This document shows, one piece after another, positions 55,618-59,357 of a stretch of 59,357 nt of DNA. The stretch is from an uncultured Ignavibacteriaceae bacterium (GTDB taxonomy: Bacteria; Zixibacteria; MSB-5A5; GN15; PGXB01). The position numbers and the translations under genes were made by a program. A model generated the notes under the pieces. The model did not search any database. It saw nothing but the letters and a program-made list of their open reading frames with translations, and was not told the DNA's origin. The stretch's first letter is position 1; each line of letters starts with the position of its first letter. The stretch is from the NCBI GenBank assembly GCA_964569945.1, contig CAZMWI010000001.1, positions 23,565-82,921 of the forward strand, read 5' to 3'.

Positions 55618-56919
55618 ATGCGGAAAAAAGTCCTGATCGCTGAACAATCAGATGCTATTCGTAATATTGCCGAATCTATTCTGCACCAGAACGGCTTCGA
55701 TGTTATAAGCTGCTCGGCCGGTGACAAGGCCAAAGCTCTGATTATCTCCGAGCAACCCAATCTTGTTATCATCGGAGCGGATATACGCGACAACGAAAAT
55801 AACTACCTGTACGATTCTCTTGGGGATAATAAGGCCACGTCGAGCATACCCTTACTGTTAATCGAGGACCCCAACGGCAATCAGGTGCCGTACCCTCCGG
55901 AAGTCGTGCTTTCACGTCCCTTCGACCCGAACGATTTTCTGGACAAGGTATCGACTTTTGTTGGTGCCGGTGACGCCCAACCGGTTGAGAAAATCACGGA
56001 ATCGAGTCCGTTCGGTGAAGGAGCTGTTAACGATGAAATTCTGGATGCCGCTCTCGGTATCGACGAAATTGAGGTCGAAGATTCCGAAGTTATGGACCAG
56101 ACCTGGACTTCGCGAAGCCTGACCAAAGCCGCCAAGGCGGCTGGTAAGGACGCTTTCGATATAGTTCAACACACCAATGGTGACGCAGAAAAAGTATCGA
56201 AAAGTGGCAAAGTTGAATCCCTGTTGATTCGGGATGAACAACAGGAACAAGCCAAGACTGGTTCTGTGGCCGAATCGACCAAGATACAAATCGAAAGTGA
56301 TCAGTACGGCATGACGGCGCCGAACGAAGAACCGGGACCTGTTGCGGAAGAGCCTCAAAATGATGATCATGATTATGACTGGTTCTTAAACGAGATGAAA
56401 AATGATGGGTCGGAAAACAAGACTCCCGCAAAAAAGCCCGTAAACGATACTGACCCTAATCTGAAAGTCACGCAACCGAGCGATACGATGGAACCGATTA
56501 AGACCGGTAAACCAACTAAAGGGCGGTCTGAATCCACACCCGGCGGGGTGGACCAGTTTATCTCCGATTTCAAGAAGGAAATGCAACAAATTACTACCGA
56601 CAGTGACAAACAGTCGGCTAGGGCGGCTGAAGGCCAAATAAAGAAGCAGTTCGAATCGGAACTGGAAAATATAAGCTCTGAACCGGTTCGCGCCACCCGC
56701 GCCAAGGAAGCCGGGTCGGCGTCCGGGGACAAAACTGCGACGGCGGTAGCCGATACCAATGCCGCCATTGACCCCGAAGAAATACGCCGGATGAGTACAT
56801 ATCTGGTGGAACTTCTGGCGGAACGGCTGGCCAAAAATATCGTCGACAAAATAGATCGCGAAGAAATCTGCCAGATTCTCAGGGAAGAGCTGCCGCATAT
56901 TCTCGAAGCCAAAAAATAA
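55618..56919 (+). CDS. Atypical receiver (REC-like) domain protein with a ~300-aa acidic low-complexity region
   Basis: The N-terminal ~115 aa have the CheY-like pattern KKVLIAEQSDAIRN...NLVIIGADI...IPLLLIED...LSRPFDP. The usual DD acidic pair is EQSD and the conserved Lys is Arg. The remainder is Glu/Asp/Lys/Pro-rich and ends in a short helical segment. Confidence 0.6.
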   Translation: MRKKVLIAEQSDAIRNIAESILHQNGFDVISCSAGDKAKALIISEQPNLVIIGADIRDNENNYLYDSLGDNKATSSIPLLLIEDPNGNQVPYPPEVVLSRPFDPNDFLDKVSTFVGAGDAQPVEKITESSPFGEGAVNDEILDAALGIDEIEVEDSEVMDQTWTSRSLTKAAKAAGKDAFDIVQHTNGDAEKVSKSGKVESLLIRDEQQEQAKTGSVAESTKIQIESDQYGMTAPNEEPGPVAEEPQNDDHDYDWFLNEMKNDGSENKTPAKKPVNDTDPNLKVTQPSDTMEPIKTGKPTKGRSESTPGGVDQFISDFKKEMQQITTDSDKQSARAAEGQIKKQFESELENISSEPVRATRAKEAGSASGDKTATAVADTNAAIDPEEIRRMSTYLVELLAERLAKNIVDKIDREEICQILREELPHILEAKK

Positions 56920-56983
56920 TACTTGCCTTAGGGCCCATTCCTGTTTTATTCCGGTATAATAAAAGAATCAATAAAGGACCGTC

Positions 56984-57724
56984 ATGTTTGAAGCAAGCGT
57001 CGGATATTTCAGTGCCTTTTTGGCCGGAGCCCTGTCTTTCGTATCACCGTGTGTTCTTCCGTTAATTCCGGGTTATATATCGTTCATCTCCGGAGTTTCT
57101 CTCGAAGAGTTGACCGATAAACAAAAGGCCTCGGCCCATCTCGCCCGAGTGGCAATCAACACGATCTTTTTCGTAGTCGGCTTTTCTCTGGTGTTTATTG
57201 CCCTGGGTGCGTCGGCATCGTTTATCGGGGGATGGCTTCGCGACAATATAATCCTGTTCAACAAAATCGGCGGGGTGCTGATCTTTCTGTTTGGCCTGCA
57301 TGTGGCCGGTGTTTTTAAAATCCGGGCGTTGAATTATGAAAAGCGTATTCATGCCGGACAAAAGAAATTCGGCGTGGTCGGCTCGGTCCTGATCGGCATG
57401 GCCTTCGCCTTCGGCTGGACGCCCTGTATCGGACCGATTCTGGGCTCAATCCTGACCGTCGCGGCCAGTCAGGGGACGGTCGGCAAAGGGATAATTCTTT
57501 TAACATTTTACTCCGCAGGTCTGGGAATACCGTTCATCCTGACAGCCCTGCTCTTCAATTACCTGATTGGTTTCTTCGGATTCATCAAAAGACATTTCCG
57601 CGCCGTGGAGATTATCTCCGGCGTATTGTTGATGATTATCGGTGTGCTGATCTTTTTTAATCTTCTGAATATCATCGCCAACAAGCTGCTGGAAATGTTT
57701 CCCGGCCTTGAATCGGTCGGCTGA
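56984..57724 (+). CDS. ccdA: Cytochrome c biogenesis / thiol-disulfide transfer protein CcdA (DsbD family)
   Basis: Six TM helices with SPCVLPLIPGY and GWTPCIGPILG Cys motifs. Confidence 0.9.
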   Translation: MFEASVGYFSAFLAGALSFVSPCVLPLIPGYISFISGVSLEELTDKQKASAHLARVAINTIFFVVGFSLVFIALGASASFIGGWLRDNIILFNKIGGVLIFLFGLHVAGVFKIRALNYEKRIHAGQKKFGVVGSVLIGMAFAFGWTPCIGPILGSILTVAASQGTVGKGIILLTFYSAGLGIPFILTALLFNYLIGFFGFIKRHFRAVEIISGVLLMIIGVLIFFNLLNIIANKLLEMFPGLESVG

Positions 57725-57756
57725 TATTAATTTTATCAAAAATTCTTGTCGCATAG

Positions 57757-57785
57757 TTGACGGCTGTCCCGGCCTGTTTTATATT
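57757..57785 (+). promoter_or_regulatory. Candidate sigma70-type promoter for the DUF2064-like/creatininase pair
   Basis: TTGACG (57757-57762), 17-nt spacer, TATATT (57780-57785). This is about 36 nt upstream of the ATG at 57822. Confidence 0.4.
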
Positions 57786-57821
57786 GGGGCAAATAAACAG
57801 CTATACTTTATGGAAAAGTAA

Positions 57822-58571
57822 ATGCCGACCAAAAAGAAAAATGATACGGCGCTGGCGATTTGTATCCAGGAGATTACCGAAGACGGCTCGGAACTGAGTC
57901 TGGGCGACGAATTTTCACTTGAAGCTTTGTCGTTTCTGCATCAGGCTTTCATCGCCGATACCATCAATAATGTCCTCGATATTCCCGGCCCGGATATTTA
58001 TATGTACTATGCCGATTATCCCCACACTCGCAAATCGGTCGAGACCATCATGCACTATCTGTCGGGACGGTTTTCCGGCAAAAAGGCGAAGGCACTGGAA
58101 GACCGGCTCAAAGTGCGGAAACTGGAGCCGGAACGCTGGGGTCTGAAAATGGACGTCGTTTTCCGCGAGTGCTTCGACGACGGATACAAACATGTTATTT
58201 TCATCGGTTCGCGGACGCCTACGTTAAACGGAAAGATGCTCAAGCTGGCCCTTAAGCTCTTGAAAAAATCGGACGCCGTATTCGGACCGACGGTCGAGGG
58301 CCGGTATTACCTGATCGGGATGTCCGGTCAGTATCATGTCAACCTGGCCGATTTCGACTGGCGTTCGCCCCGAATTTACTCCGAAGTGGCGGAGAAATTC
58401 AATGAAAAAGGACTGTCCTGGTCCGAGATGGAGATGTGGTACGCGGTCGAGCATCCGGAAGACCTCGAATTCCTCGTCAGGGATATAAATCAATACCGCC
58501 TGGAAGGTGACGAAGATAAGGCCCGCGAAACGGAAAAAGTCCTTGAACGAATTTTAAACAGGCATATTTAA
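57822..58571 (+). CDS. DUF2064-like (glycosyltransferase-fold) protein
   Basis: The segment VIFIGSRTPTL...LLKKSDAVFGPTVEGRYYLIGMSG resembles the IGSDCP...D.V.GPA.DGGYYLIG core of DUF2064/TIGR04282-type proteins, but with SRT in place of SDC. Confidence 0.55.
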   Translation: MPTKKKNDTALAICIQEITEDGSELSLGDEFSLEALSFLHQAFIADTINNVLDIPGPDIYMYYADYPHTRKSVETIMHYLSGRFSGKKAKALEDRLKVRKLEPERWGLKMDVVFRECFDDGYKHVIFIGSRTPTLNGKMLKLALKLLKKSDAVFGPTVEGRYYLIGMSGQYHVNLADFDWRSPRIYSEVAEKFNEKGLSWSEMEMWYAVEHPEDLEFLVRDINQYRLEGDEDKARETEKVLERILNRHI

Positions 58572-58573
58572 TC

Positions 58574-59302
58574 ATGAGTAAAAAATTACAGGAATTGACA
58601 TGGATGCAGGTGCGGGCCGCGCTGGAAGGCGGCACCCGGACCGTAATCCTTCCCATTGGTACGGTCGAAGCCCACGGAGCGGCGGCCATCGGAACCGACA
58701 ATTTAATCCCGGAATCGATCGCAGATTATGTCGTTGACAAAATCGACGCCCTTATCGCACCGACGGTTAATTATGGTGTGACCAAATCTCTCTATGGCTA
58801 CCCCGGATCGCTAACGGTTACTCCGGAATCATTCGGGCAGTACGTGCGCGATATACTCGACAGCCTGGCCGATGTCGGCTTTGAACGAATCATCGTCCTC
58901 AATGGCCACGGCGGCAATGACTCGGTTTTGAAAGACGTCGCCTATGGATTTTTCTACGACAGCGGCGTCAAGATTGCCGTGATACAGTGGTGGGACCTCT
59001 GCGGGGATGTCACCCGCGAAGTTTACGGCGAAGAAGGCGGTCATGCCGGAAATAACGAAACGGCTATGGTGCAGGCCATCGACGAAAAACTGGTCGACAA
59101 AGCCCAATTCAGCGATGATCTCGTGTACGCCTTCAATCCGGCGGCGTTCGTTTATCCGGTACCCGGCAGTATCCTGCTTTATAAAGAAGGCGAAGGCGTC
59201 CCGGATTTCGATCCTATAAAAGCCAAGGAATTCCAGGAGAAAGCGTTCAAGAAAGTCGCGGATTTCGTAAAATTTATCCTGAGTCGCTGGGATCTGATTT
59301 AG
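58574..59302 (+). CDS. Creatininase-family amidohydrolase
   Basis: Contains LPIGTVEAHG, VLNGHGGN and GGHAGNNET metal-ligand motifs of the creatinine amidohydrolase / MftE-like family. Confidence 0.85.
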   Translation: MSKKLQELTWMQVRAALEGGTRTVILPIGTVEAHGAAAIGTDNLIPESIADYVVDKIDALIAPTVNYGVTKSLYGYPGSLTVTPESFGQYVRDILDSLADVGFERIIVLNGHGGNDSVLKDVAYGFFYDSGVKIAVIQWWDLCGDVTREVYGEEGGHAGNNETAMVQAIDEKLVDKAQFSDDLVYAFNPAAFVYPVPGSILLYKEGEGVPDFDPIKAKEFQEKAFKKVADFVKFILSRWDLI

Positions 59303-59331
59303 CATTTTTTAAATCAACGGGGGAGCAACTA

Positions 59332-59357
59332 TGTGCAAGGTGGCGATTGTCCTTTTT
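59332..59357 (+). CDS. Start of an unidentified ORF running off the window
   Basis: ATG with GGGGGAG 7 nt upstream. Only MCKVAIVLF is visible. Confidence 0.2.

Overview
This is a 59.4-kb, densely coding chromosomal segment (roughly 50% GC by eye) from a diderm bacterium. I saw no rRNA, tRNA, CRISPR array, transposase or integrase.

Most genes are housekeeping:
- the distal half of a complex I operon (nuoJ-K-L-M-N)
- purF, an ADP-forming acetyl-CoA synthetase and gltX
- a small oxidative-stress cluster (diiron ferritin-like protein, rubredoxin-like mini-ORF, peroxiredoxin)
- nadA, an EamA transporter, lgt, rsmI and ssb
- the rplU-bamA-skp-lpxD block and uvrB
- a long minus-strand operon (dtd-maf-rodZ-like-hyp-smc-ftsY-yjbQ-rlmH)
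- a 1405-aa double-ATPase activase fusion, trxA, a CoA-binding protein, a rhomboid protease, an atypical receiver-domain protein, ccdA, a DUF2064-like protein and a creatininase-family protein

There are two accessory regions. The first (6.0-8.8 kb) is a secreted S8 protease with a C-terminal dockerin. The second (28-41.4 kb) includes two divergently transcribed giant secreted proteins with T9SS type-A C-terminal sorting domains. One is 1073 aa. The other is about 2516 aa and is built from about 23 divergent Cys-rich modules followed by a cohesin-like module, a dockerin and the sorting domain. The T9SS tails plus nuo, bamA and lpxD suggest an uncultivated FCB-superphylum-like lineage. That cannot be proven from this window.

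Observations most worth follow-up:
1. A 70-aa CPYC glutaredoxin-like gene is translationally coupled between nuoM and nuoN. Its TGA is followed by two sense codons, a TAA and a SECIS-like hairpin, so it may be a U-x-x-stop selenoprotein.
2. A non-cellulosomal cohesin/dockerin pairing may exist between the giant T9SS protein and the dockerin-tailed protease.
3. Three housekeeping genes carry coding interruptions: smc (frame change), maf (two in-frame TAA 12 nt apart) and a rubrerythrin split by a single in-frame TAA.

Promoter and terminator calls are pattern-based only.
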